From Anthoceros angustus (taxonomy: Eukaryota; Plantae; Anthocerotophyta), in assembly GCA_010909165.1 (NCBI GenBank), contig VJWM01000016.1, forward strand, positions 62,001 to 126,000: a stretch of 64,000 nucleotides of DNA, read 5' to 3'. The notes below the pieces were generated by a model, which saw nothing but the letters and a program-made list of their open reading frames with translations, did no database searches and was not told the DNA's origin. A program made the translations under genes and the position numbers. Positions 1 to 10,619 of this stretch are shown one piece after another. How positions within the stretch are numbered: the stretch's first letter is position 1; each line of letters begins with the position of its first letter.

Positions 1-329
1 AAGAATGTAAGCGAACAAATCTTGAAATATGTGACTGGCATTTGCGAAACCCTTGGTAGCCGTCGAGATCTAGAAGTTACTAATACAAAAAATCCTCGTT
101 GGTGGCTTCAAGAAGACTCAGATGGCTCAGTGTGTCCGAATTGAACCTGTCCGTGAATTTATACCCCACCCCCTGCCTAGGACCTAGGATTTGGATTTGC
201 CCCTACTCAACTCCGAAACGTATGGGACTGAGAACTTGGGCTCGACACCAACTCCAACTAAACAATTGAAAGCCATATCATTAGGTGGTAGTAAAGTACC
301 AGGAACGGAGTAGGAAGTGAAGGCGAAAC

Positions 330-1937
330 TCAAACGTCCGCAGCTCCCCTGAGGCTCAGAGGGGACAGGCCAGCATGCGCAGAAGACCAGGTGGAGGTGA
401 CGATGGTGAAGGCAGTAGCGCCATCCAGAGTGTAGGCGCCGTTGAAGGAGAAGAACTGGTTGGCGACCTGCTTGCCCTGGACGTTAGCGATCTTGTACGC
501 AGCTTGGCCGGATTGGGTGGTCTCGTAGAAGTACCACCAGATGCGCGTTCCGTACACCTTGGTGGTGTCCACCACCTGAGAGTCCCGGTTATTGGAGAGG
601 AAGCCATCGCTGTAGGAGTTGAACAAGGTGACGAGGTTGGGCCCCGCGGAGTCGAAGCCCACCTGCCACCAGGTGCCGGGGTAGTTTTTGTCCGTGGTGC
701 CTGCCACTCCGGCGCCGGCAGCGTAGGCGTACCAGGTGGTGGTGCCCACAACGTAGGCGAGCTGGATGGGACCCGTGCCCACCCGGCCCCTGATGTCCAC
801 CGTGCCGGCCGGAGGAGGCGTCGCCCAGGTGACCCCGGTCAGGGTCCAGGCGGTGGCCCCCTCTTTTGTGTACACGCCCGTGGCCGACAGGAATTCCTTG
901 AACACCTGCTTCCCGAGGACGTTTCCGATCTTGTAGGTCCCGGCGCTGTCGATGGTGGGGTAGAAGTACCACCACACGCGGGTGTCGTAGTTGTGGTTCA
1001 CGTTCACGACCTGGACGTCGCGGTTGTTGGATAGGTTGGCGTTGGTGTAGGAGTGGTAGATGGTGACTGCGGTGCGCGCGGGGCCGGCGTCGAAGTTGCC
1101 CACCGTCCACCAGGTGCTGGGGTGGTTCTTGTCCGTGGTGACGCCCACGCCCTCGCCCGTGGCGTAGGCGAGCCAGGTGGTGGTGCCGGACACGTAGGTG
1201 AGCTGGACGGGGCCTGTGCCGACCTTGTCGCGGATGTCCACGGTGCCCGGGGGAGGGACCGGGTCCGGGGAGGGCACGATGGTGAAGGCGGTGGCCCCGT
1301 CCTGGGTGTAGATGCCGTTGAGGGAGAAGAACTCGTACAACACCTGCTTGCCCAGGGCGTTGCCGATTTTGAAGGTGCCGGTGCCGGCGCTCGTCTCGTA
1401 GAAGTACCACCAGATGCGCTGCTGGTATGCCTTGGAGGTGTCCAGCACCTGGGCGTCGCGGTTGTTGGAAATGTAGGACTGGTAGCCGAAGGAGCTGTAG
1501 ATGGTGACGGCATTGGTTGGCCCGGAGTCGAAGCCGATCTGCCACCAGATGCCCGGGTAGGTTTTGTCCAGAGTTCCGGCGAAGCCGCCGCCGTCGGTGT
1601 ACAGGTAGTAGGTGGTGGTGCCCACCAGATAGGTCAGCTGGACGAGGCCGGTGCCCACCCTGCCCCTGATGTCCGAGGTGCCGGCTTTAGCAGCAGGAGG
1701 AGGAGGGGGAGATGGCGGCGGCGGGGGGCTTGGAGGAGGAGGCGACGGCGGCGGGGGAGGCGAGCTAGGAGGAGGAGGAGACGCAGATGGCGGTGGCGGG
1801 GAGGGAGTAGGAGGAGGAGGAGAGGCCTTGGGCGGAGGAGGACTTGACAATCGCTGAGCCTCGGCATCCATGGCCAGGCCGAAGAGCATAGCCACCAATG
1901 CCACTGCTCCCACAACCCGCAGCCTGGAGGTCGCCAT
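330..1937 (-). CDS. Secreted extensin-like chimeric protein: signal peptide, Ser-Pro4-5 stalk, three tandem ~146-aa beta-trefoil/lectin-like domains (535 aa, intronless CDS)
   Basis: The first ATG of ORF 330..2009 is at 1937 and gives MATSRLRVVGAVALVAMLFGLAMDAEA (signal peptide). SPPPP repeats lie at ~1700-1845. Three repeats begin GT(S/V)DIR(G/D)(R/K)VGTG at ~1683, ~1248 and ~806 and share WW, SNNRD and (F/Y)KI(G/A)N motifs. Strong GC3 bias. The fold is inferred. Confidence 0.85.
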   Translation of the reverse strand: MATSRLRVVGAVALVAMLFGLAMDAEAQRLSSPPPPKASPPPPTPSPPPPSASPPPPSSPPPPPSPPPPSPPPPPSPPPPPAAKAGTSDIRGRVGTGLVQLTYLVGTTTYYLYTDGGGFAGTLDKTYPGIWWQIGFDSGPTNAVTIYSSFGYQSYISNNRDAQVLDTSKAYQQRIWWYFYETSAGTGTFKIGNALGKQVLYEFFSLNGIYTQDGATAFTIVPSPDPVPPPGTVDIRDKVGTGPVQLTYVSGTTTWLAYATGEGVGVTTDKNHPSTWWTVGNFDAGPARTAVTIYHSYTNANLSNNRDVQVVNVNHNYDTRVWWYFYPTIDSAGTYKIGNVLGKQVFKEFLSATGVYTKEGATAWTLTGVTWATPPPAGTVDIRGRVGTGPIQLAYVVGTTTWYAYAAGAGVAGTTDKNYPGTWWQVGFDSAGPNLVTLFNSYSDGFLSNNRDSQVVDTTKVYGTRIWWYFYETTQSGQAAYKIANVQGKQVANQFFSFNGAYTLDGATAFTIVTSTWSSAHAGLSPLSLRGAADV

Positions 1938-2215
1938 TGCGGGAATCCGTGGGCAACCCTTGAAAGAAGCCCTGGCCTGTACAACCAATTCATCGACCCA
2001 CAACCACACCGCTGGTCAGCTTACAAATTTCAAACACACCTGCAAACATACACATAGCTACGAACGTCTCTGCTAGTCTAGCGATAGCGAAATGTTCACA
2101 AGTGTTCACAACTGGAATGTAGACAATGTGATGAGGGCGAACCAGACGCTACAAGTACTCGGGTGCCAGCCTTCAGCTTGCCGCGCGCCGCTCCGAATGC
2201 CTCCCCCCAGGCCCC

Positions 2216-2221
2216 TTTATA
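2216..2221 (-). promoter_or_regulatory. Putative TATA box (TATAAA) of the extensin-chimera gene
   Basis: TATAAA on the minus strand ~280 bp upstream of the ATG; a probable 5'UTR intron acceptor (TACAG) is near 1978. Confidence 0.4.
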
Positions 2222-3500
2222 CAGGTATGGTGACACCCGGCATATGATTATTTTAATGAGCAGCCAATGCGGCTGGCACCACAGACTTGTGGATTGACAC
2301 GTATTTCTCTCAGGGAGCTGGGAATCTTGCGAATGCGGAGGCGAGGCGCTGCAAGCGCGAAGGGCAATGTTGGAATTGTCTGATGATCCCGAAGCCGCAG
2401 GAGAGATACTGCTCTCAATCTTGCGACTCCCACGACAAACATTTCCAGCGGCGAGAGCGTCGAGTCGCCAGCGTGTCGCTGCAGGCGGCAGGCCAGGCGG
2501 ATCCGGACATTGTGCACACATGCGAGCTATCGGATTGGACAACTTTACTCAACACATGTGTGAATTTGTAGGCAGCTGATGCGCGTGCCCCGTCCTGCGC
2601 TGTCCTCTGTATCCCAGGTTGGTGTCGGTTTTTTACTCTCCACAGGCGCAGACCGACGCTGTGCAGAATTATGACGCAGGCCAGGCCTAGGGGGGAGAGC
2701 TGGGGCAGGGAAGGGAAGGAGCATGCACAGGGCCAGGAGTGAGGAACCCGTACTGTACAGAAGCATATATATAGCCAATGGAATAAAAAGCTCATGGGCA
2801 GGCAGGCAGGCCCAGGGGAGGGCAGCGCTGCGCAGTCTGCAGATCAGGGGCATGCACTTCACCGCGTTCGCATCCATATCCTCCGATTCCTCCTGATTCC
2901 ACAGACCACGTGCTACACTTTGTAACGCGCACTCGGCTTGAACTGATTCGTTTAGAAAACGGATACATCCTGCAGATATCAGCAGTGTCATCTAAAAACT
3001 GTAAAGAACGAGGCCGCCCGGGGCCCGGCTGGGGATGTGCCTGCAACTGCCACTCTGCAAGCTATTATCCATACATGGCAATGTACTGCGACCTCTACTC
3101 GTCAGCCAAGACACTCTAATGGCAGTACCGGCGCCTTGCGTGTAAACTTGGCACTGTAAATTTACTCTCTCTCATCTCGCCTCTGTGGATGCCAGTCAAT
3201 TATTTCCAGGAAGGACCCCGAGAAGCTACCTCCACGTTTCTTTAATATACACAATAAAGGTGTAATAAAAAACGATATCCAGGAAGGAAGCTGCTTGTGC
3301 TACATGGTGACGAAACCTTATTTTATTGATTAGAGCATATCGAGTTACCAGCTTGCCTCTCGTTCCTACCCCTTACCTCCTATGCCGCGCTGGCTACAAA
3401 GAAGCAGCAATGTGATGGCAAGATCAATGCGGCCAGCTACCTCTGCTCGTGATCTTGACCTGAACCTCTGTGGATAGACTGCCTGCACACGGACATACCC

Positions 3501-5624
3501 ATGGGTGTGACCACGGAAGCTTGGGCTGGCTGGTACGAGCAAGACGGAACCAAAGAGCCCATCTCTGCGGGATCCGAGTTCACCTTGTTGATCACTACTG
3601 CCGATGGCTTCACGCTCTCCGGCTCGGGTATCGACGGCCTGGGCTCCTGGACTTGGAAAGGCCAGATCGATAGCAGCCGGAATGTGGTTCTTGAGAAGCG
3701 GTATGTAGGTGGCAAGCCACATGACCATGTCATCACCTACACCGGCACCAGGAGTACGTCCGCTGCTGGAGTGGACACAATCGACGGCACATGGAAACTT
3801 GACTCCGATTCTGGCGCCTTCCAACTTCAACAGCAGCCATATGTACGAAATCCTTCCTATTCTTCACTTGCATCTTTTCATCTCGGGCATTTCATGTCCT
3901 AGCTAGCTCGCGTCTAGACTAGGCCCTCCTTTCATGGATTCTTTCACGAGTTCCACTTGAGGCAAGAAACGTCCATGTCGGTAAATTTGCTTACTAGGTT
4001 TTCTCGCTTGTTGCTGGTGAATCAGGCGCTGGAGGAGAGCTACACTGGCTACTATGAGCAGGACGGTACTCGGTACCCCGTGACCACCACCCTGTATGCC
4101 ACCCCCGACAACAAGATCTACGGCAGTGGCTCCGACGATCAAGGGAATTTCACCTGGACCGGTATGCCCAGCTAGGAGCTGTCCTACGTTCTTACCAAGC
4201 AAATGTTTGAATCGGTTGCTTGTCCCTCCACTGGGTTGGATCTGAGAACTCGTCAAATTCATGGTTGATGCTCTCCATCGGAGCCCCGCAGGTGAAATCG
4301 ATCCTACTACCGGCAAAGTCACACTTCACAAACTCTACCTCGACTCCACAGTATCTCTTGATTACACTGGCACTAAGTCTTTTGAGAATGGCCGGAATGT
4401 GATTCAAGGTTTGTGGGGCGATGCCTCTGCCAACAACAAATTCTTCCTTGGAGTCAAGGTAAACCAAGCTTAAAACCCGAAGGCGCTGAATTCATTCGTT
4501 TTCTCAATTCAGCTCCACACATTAATTCATTTGCTTGCTGTAGACTTGCTTTAGATTTCTTGCAATATCAACCTTTCGTGATTTGGAAATGTGGCAGGGG
4601 ACGCCTTACACAGGACCCTGGACAGGATATTATGTGCAACATGGGCACCAACACCCAGGAACCAGTTTCAACTTGGATGTGGCAGGCTCCAGCTACACTG
4701 GCCATGGTTACGACGACGTCGGTGAATTCATATGGGAAGGTTTGTATAACCACCACCTTCCACTTGTGACACCCCTTGCTAAAAACTTTCAAGAGAACTT
4801 CTTATCAATCCATTATCAGTGCAATGGCTTGGAATGATGGATGGATATCTAAGCATGCCTACCTGCCTGCCTACCTGCCTGCCTCCCTGCCTGCAGGTGA
4901 ACTTGTGGGCAAGGACCAGGTCGTCCTCCGCAAGAAGTACCTCGACGCCAACAGCGTACCCAGCCCCAACCCCGACGTGCTCTACACCGGCACTCTAGCT
5001 TTCAAGGATGGCAAGCAGGTGATTGACGGCACCTGGAATTTCCCCGGCAACACCGCCACCAGCCTATTCCACTTCGAGCTGCCGTCGCCTCCACCGGATG
5101 CACGGCCCTTCGGCATCCCCGTGTCCATCCGCTCCACAGGCACACCCAACGCCTATCTCCGCTTCGACGGGTCCGGGGGTGTGGTAAATTTGCAAGTGGG
5201 TCGTTTCTCCTACGAAAGATTCCAGCTAGTTCTGCAGGACCTCACCACCGACGGAGAGGAGGTGTACGCCATCAAGTCGCTTCTCTTCGACCAGTATCTG
5301 CACCTCGATCCCACTGTGTCCGAAGAACAGAAACCAAGTGCCGACAGCCCCACCTTCCACCCCAAAGGCGTCGGCCGTACTTACCCGGTCAAGACTGTGG
5401 ATAATCTCACCAAGTTCACCGTGCGCTTGAACAGTGTAGACGGCTTCACAAGCCATTCCTTGAGGCTTCTAAACTCCGGCGTCCCCGACCTTCCTAATGT
5501 CTTCCTCCGCCTCAACGCCGACAAACTTGCTGCCGACAAAACTCCCCAAGGAAGCGGCGAGGTGAACGGCCAAACTTACATTGGCCCCTATGAGAGACTG
5601 ATCATAGAGCCATATCCCTACTGA
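3501..5624 (+). CDS. Five-exon protein (504 aa): three ~105-120-aa beta-barrel-like repeats plus a C-terminal fascin-like beta-trefoil; join(3501..3842,4026..4161,4292..4458,4598..4739,4897..5624)
   Basis: All four introns are GT-AG with matching phases (0,1,0,1) and give an open 1515-nt CDS. Repeat consensus is (W/Y)xG(W/Y)YxQxG...G(S/H)GxDxxGx(F/W)xWxG...VxLxKxY...YTGT...IxGxW. The C-terminus has fascin-like YLRFDGSGGVVNLQ...ERF and VFLRLNA...GEVNGQ...GPYERL. No signal peptide. Confidence 0.85.
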
Positions 5625-5862
5625 AATATAATAAGATATATGTAACTTGGCGCTATTGTGCTCTGTGTTGTGTGGCAGACCTTGGCCTGCCCTTGTATGA
5701 CGATGTGGATCTTAACATTTGGGTGAAAAGAATTCTATTCGTTATGCATTGTCCCGTACGCAAAGTCCATAACCTACCCATGACTTGATTGGGAAGTAAA
5801 ACCTTGTCACAAGATCAAGTTAACTATACAGCAACACTTCTCGCGCTGTTTGTGTAGGTGTC

Positions 5863-6302
5863 CTAATTATAAGTTCATATCATAAGATGGCTACTCTTAC
5901 CTTTGCAATACCGTACACCCCACTTCATCAACTATATGGCTATGGGTCTATGGAACCCAAGAATTTGGTTCTCATATGCTTGCCCTGTCCCTAATAGAGT
6001 CTTTGTGTCTCAATTATAAGTTCATATCACAAGATGGCGTGCACGTCTACTCTTACCTTTTGCAATACTGTACACCCCACTTCATGAACTATATGGCTAT
6101 GGGTCTATGGAACCCAAGAATTTGGTTCTCATATGCTTGCCCTGTCCCTAATAGAGTCTTTGTGTCTCAATTATAAGTTCATATCACAAGATGGCGTGCG
6201 TCTACTCTTACCTTTGCAATCACCCCACTTCATGAACTATATGGCTATGGGTCTATGGAACCCAAGAATTTGGTTCTCATATGCTTGCCCTGTCCCTAAT
6301 AG
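5863..6302. repeat. Tandem repeat, ~157-bp unit x ~3, partly homologous to 12575-12630
   Basis: ATGGCTATGGGTCTATGGAACCCAAGAATTTGGTTCTCATATGCTTGCCCTGTCCCTAATAGA recurs at ~5935, ~6092 and ~6241. Confidence 0.9.
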
Positions 6303-7784
6303 ACGCTTCAATCTCACCGCAGAGTGAATACGGCACTTTAGCAGCGGAGCGCTAAAACACATACATAAGTGACCCTGTTGGAATGACCAGTGCCATGTAA
6401 GTATGCGATCCTCACATGGAATGACCAGTGCCATAAAAATATGCGATCCTCACACCAGACCCGCATTGGAGGATGCAGCCAGAGGCACTAAGTAATCCTA
6501 CTAGAAAGGGTAGTCCTACTGGAAAGGGTAGCCTATGTTACAGTCATTGTTCCAATTTTATGTTACACTTTCATATTGCAACATGCTTTGGAGGCTTGGT
6601 ATTAAGTCGGTCACCTCCTTCCCATGTCATGCCACCATATTAACACGAACTTGGCTCTTTTTCCAACCACCTCACCCTCATAATTACACTCCTTTCTCAC
6701 AAGCATTGTTTATGATTTCCCACATGCACTTGCAACATGACTGTAAGAAGGAGCCCCTCTCTCTCCCCCTATCATCCTCCCCTCTTTATTACACCCCTTT
6801 GGAGAACTATTTGTTTATGTGTCACCTTGCCCTCTTCATTACACCCTTTCTTGACAACTATTTGTTTATGTCGTCCACACCAAAACATCATTGTAACATA
6901 TAACATGGACAGCAACTCTCATATTTTCCTCCTACCTCGTAATCACATTTTTTTTCCTACCTCATAACTTCATCGTTGCTTTATCAATTGCTTTATCACT
7001 GTTTTTTTACTTGACCATAGCTATTTATGGATTGAAGACTAATTGTTCTTTATTTCAACCATTCCTACAATGATAATAAATGTGCACCCTTCCATTGTGC
7101 ACTTATATCGATGATAAAGTACGGGATATGTATATACTTTTATGTAGATAGATATAGGGGATACATATATGTACATAAATATATATTATATAATATTATT
7201 AGATATAATTATATATTATATTAATGATTTTATTTTATATAAAGATATAAATTACTTATTCATTCTAGCCACCAGTATAACTTCTATCCCTTGCCCCTAA
7301 CCAAGTATTCCTATATGTATTCCATAATATTATGTTACACTATATAATATCATATTTTATTCCATAATAATATGCTACACTACATAATATTTTAGTATTA
7401 ATTATATATTATATTAAGGTATAAACATCAATGCTGAACATTAAAATTTAGCTTAGCACCCGTCAATACTCACTATTAGTGTAGACTAATATCAAACCCT
7501 AAACTTCCTAGTTCTAAGAAATATGCCTTGACCAACCCACTATATTCTATTTTAGTTAGAGCATTAAGATCTCTGGATTTATTTGTATGAAAAACCTAGA
7601 CATATTATTATTTGCTTATGTTTAGGTTCATGGGTGCGGGGCTCACTTTGCGTTCGGAGGGTTTTCCCCTTCCACAGCACAAGGTGGGCACTCCTGGCGA
7701 TCCAGAGCTAATTAGAACGCAGCGCAAGCGGGTAAGAGCCTTCCAAGCTCCCGTCACTTACGTGTGAGTAAGGCAAAGTAAGCC

Positions 7785-8798
7785 ATGGCATCTTGCTGGA
7801 GATGCGGGATTTGCTTGCCTCACAACTTAGTTGCATTTGTGATGGATGTCATCCAGATACAATCGGCCATATGCGCAGGTTGTATGGGCGTTATGTGAGG
7901 AAGCATGGTGTGCTAACACTCACTCCATCGTTGTCTTCTCCTGGTTGTGAGGGCACGAGGCGGCTTGATGATCAAAGCATCCATGTTCATCGTGCAAGAG
8001 GGATGAGAGTTGAAGTCCTCCTGGCGAGCATGAACCCCGGCCCTTCGGCATGGCTTAGGTAATGCTAAGTGTTGTTGGTCCTGCATGTGCTCGGAGTGAG
8101 GCAAGCAGAAGAACATTGTAGCAACCTCATGGGTGACTCACCGTGTTGTTGACATGACGTCCAGACGGGGATACCATTCGGAGACAGCGTCATTGTCACA
8201 TTTACGGGAATAAGCGGCAGGGTGGATCAGCCAAAGGTTGTCCACCCCAAGAGACCGATTGATGGCTTGACCTGTTCCAGGCGTGAGGTAGGTGGGAGGG
8301 AACAATAATGCCAATCCCAATAGCATCACCATTTCCTTGGCCATGCATTGAAGTAGCACTTTTGGTGGCGGCAGGTGAGCAGGCAAAGGCTCTGAGGTGC
8401 AATGGGCTCAAAAGCGTTTTACCTCGGCCACTTCGTTCTTCACTCGCTTCTGGGTGTACAATTTCTGTCCTATGTCATTCATGGAAGCCTCTGGCAAGTA
8501 AGTAAGTACGTTGTAATATGAGATGGCATGCACCTTGCCTTGGTTGTCCCCTAGAAAGAAAGCTCATTTCATTATTGGGGAGGGACACTGCAGGAACCGC
8601 ACACCTGACAAGATCAGACAATGCGAGCGGGAAGAGTTGGAGGCCCGGTGCGGGAAGATGCTGGCTCAAGTCATCCAATTGCTCCAACCCAGGCTGGTGG
8701 TGGGTGTAGGCGGCTATGCCAGGCGATGCGGTGTGCCGGATGTGGTGCACGTGCAGGTGGGGCAAATCATGCATCCAAGCTCAGCCAATCCCAAAGGC
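7785..8798 (+). pseudogene. SMUG1: SMUG1-type (family 3) uracil-DNA glycosylase pseudogene, ~5 exons (approx. 7785-7907, 8000-8058, 8165-8287, 8375-8497, 8594-8798)
   Basis: The spliced reading gives EVLLASMNPGP(fs)FGMA* | TGIPFGD...HPKRPIDGLTCSRRE | VSRQRL*G(fs)WAQKRF...FFTRFWVYNFCPMSFMEASGK | NRTPDKI...LVVGVGGYA...IMHPSSANP. This is collinear with the SMUG1 motifs GMNPGPFGMAQTGVPFG, HPKRP, EVSGxRxWG, NxCP, NxTP, VVGVG and HPSPxNP. Lesions: TAG 8056, TGA 8393 and several frameshifts. Confidence 0.88.
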
Positions 8799-9085
8799 AG
8801 GGAAAGGGGAAGGGGAGGAGGGGAAGAGGCAAGGAGGAAAAGGGGGAGAGGGATCTGAGGTAGAGGAGGAGGAGGAAGAGGAGGTAGAGGGTGAGAGGGA
8901 AACAAAGAGGAAGGGGAGGAGGAGGGGGAGAGGAAAAGGGAAAGGGAAAGGGAAAGGAAGAGGGAAGGGCAATCTCGAGTCCCAAAGATGAGGAGGGCGA
9001 GAGGGAAGGAGGAGGAGGGAAAAGCGGAAGGGCAGGAGGGGAAGATTATAAGGAGGAGGAGGGAGAGAGGGAAAAGAAGAGTGAC
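8799..9085. repeat. Polypurine (GA-rich) low-complexity tract
   Basis: Nearly pure G/A runs (GGAGGAGGAAGAGG, GGGAAAGGGAAAGG). Confidence 0.85.
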
Positions 9086-9104
9086 ATGACGTTGGTGAAG
9101 GGAT

Positions 9105-9553
9105 GGTGGCAGGGCGGGATCATGTGTACAGCCGCAAGCAGATCATGTACTTGCAGAGCTTTGCAAGGTCAGGCCAAGACCTGTTCCAATGCTATGATTT
9201 AAAATTTCCTCTCAATTTTCCAGCTGTTGCGTAACTAGTGCGATGTGATGTTAGAGAATGCGATGGTAGCATGGCGGGGTGTCTCGTGTACATGTACAGC
9301 TCCAAGTAGTTGCAAGGTGAGGCCAAGACCCTTTCCATGCTGTGATTTCCCATCTCAAATTTTCAGCTAATGCGTAACCAAACTGTGATGTGAAGTAAGA
9401 GAAGGCGATGGTAGAATGGCGGGGTCTCATATACATGTACTGCAAGCGGCTGCAAGGTGAGGCCAAGACTCATTCCATGCTGTGATTTCTTATCTCAAAA
9501 TTTTAGTTGATGTGTAACCAGACTGTGATGTGACGTTAGAGAAGGCGATGCTA
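9105..9553. repeat. Diverged tandem repeat, ~147-bp unit x3
   Basis: TGCAAGGT(C/G)AGGCCAAGAC...TTCCA(A)TGCT(A/G)TGATTT recurs at ~9162, ~9311 and ~9451. Confidence 0.85.
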
Positions 9554-10619
9554 GCAGGGGGGGTTTTGGGTGAGCGAGGGAGTGAGGCGATTACCGCAGC
9601 GAGAGATGTGTGGAGGCGAATCGATGTCGGGTCTTGTACTCGAAGGGGCGAGTGTCTTGTACCCGGCAACTAATAGACATGAGTCGAGTGTGGACAACAA
9701 AAACAACATAGGGGGAGTGGCAGGGACGGGTGGCGGAGAGAGGACAGGAGTGGAGCAGCCACCAGCAACCATGGTTGGGGCAGGGGCAAAAAGGTGCGTA
9801 ACGGACATAAGGCACTTGCCTAAGGGGAGAGAGAAGGAGGGAGGACTAGGGGAGGAACATTTAGGTGCATTAAAAAAGAGCCGGGGGTAGTCGATAGTTC
9901 GTAGCTAAGGGGGGGGACACGTAATGGCGGTGACGCAGAGGAGAACATGGAGGCAGAAGAGGAGGCTGTCGATGAAATTCAGGACGTCCCTTTTTAGGAG
10001 GCACCGGATAAAGAAAAACAGGTTGGTGTGCTAGAAATTTGGGGTATAAAGATGCGTTGAGATTTTCACAAATGGTAAATACAAAGTACCATATAATGAA
10101 TATGTACAGACTAGCATACGGATATAATCTCTATGATGTACATATTTATTATATATAAAATCTAATATGAATATATATCACTTGAAAGATATGACACTAT
10201 ATATATCACTATAAATAATATACATACAATATAAAAGATATATTGATACGGATATTTATATGTGGTAATATCATGAATATATTAATGATAACTACTAAGT
10301 AAAATATGATATTCTATAGAATAAAAATAAAAAGATAAATAGATGAGGAGGAGGTTCGATCATATCATAAAACTTCATAAAATTTTTCTTGTAACACTTT
10401 AATATTATAATCTTGTTATAATATTGAGAGAGAGCTTATTGCAATATTAAGAGAGTGGATAAAAATACCTCTCATAATTGAGACACATAATGTGGTTTCA
10501 AGCTAAAGTATAAGGGACTTAAAACGTGTTACATAACCCCAAAATTGCAACATGTTACATCCAAAGGGTCCAAATCTTAACATTTATGTAACATACGCAG
10601 GCGTTTCTAATAGGGTACA

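Larger units (their letters stand above)
6496..10615. mobile_element. Putative old non-autonomous DNA transposon (~4.1 kb) with imperfect terminal inverted repeats, carrying a SMUG1-like gene
   Basis: Left end TCCTACTGGAAAGGGTAGCCTATGTTACA (6514-6542, its first ~18 bp tandemly duplicated from 6496) matches the reverse complement of the right end CCCTATTAGAAACGCCTGCGTATGTTACA (10587-10615) at 21/29. TGTTACA/TGTAACA motifs recur subterminally. Flanks 6240-6490 and 10620-10980 are collinear with the uninterrupted paralogous block 12575-13090. No clear TSD or transposase. Confidence 0.55.

Noticed and set aside
6486-6490. CACTA pentamer at the left insertion border as a CACTA transposon end
   Set aside because: No matching TAGTG at the right border, and the bases align with host paralog sequence near 12745; the superfamily is left unassigned.
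8716-9202. Gly/Lys/Glu-rich ORFs
   Set aside because: Translations of the polypurine low-complexity tract.
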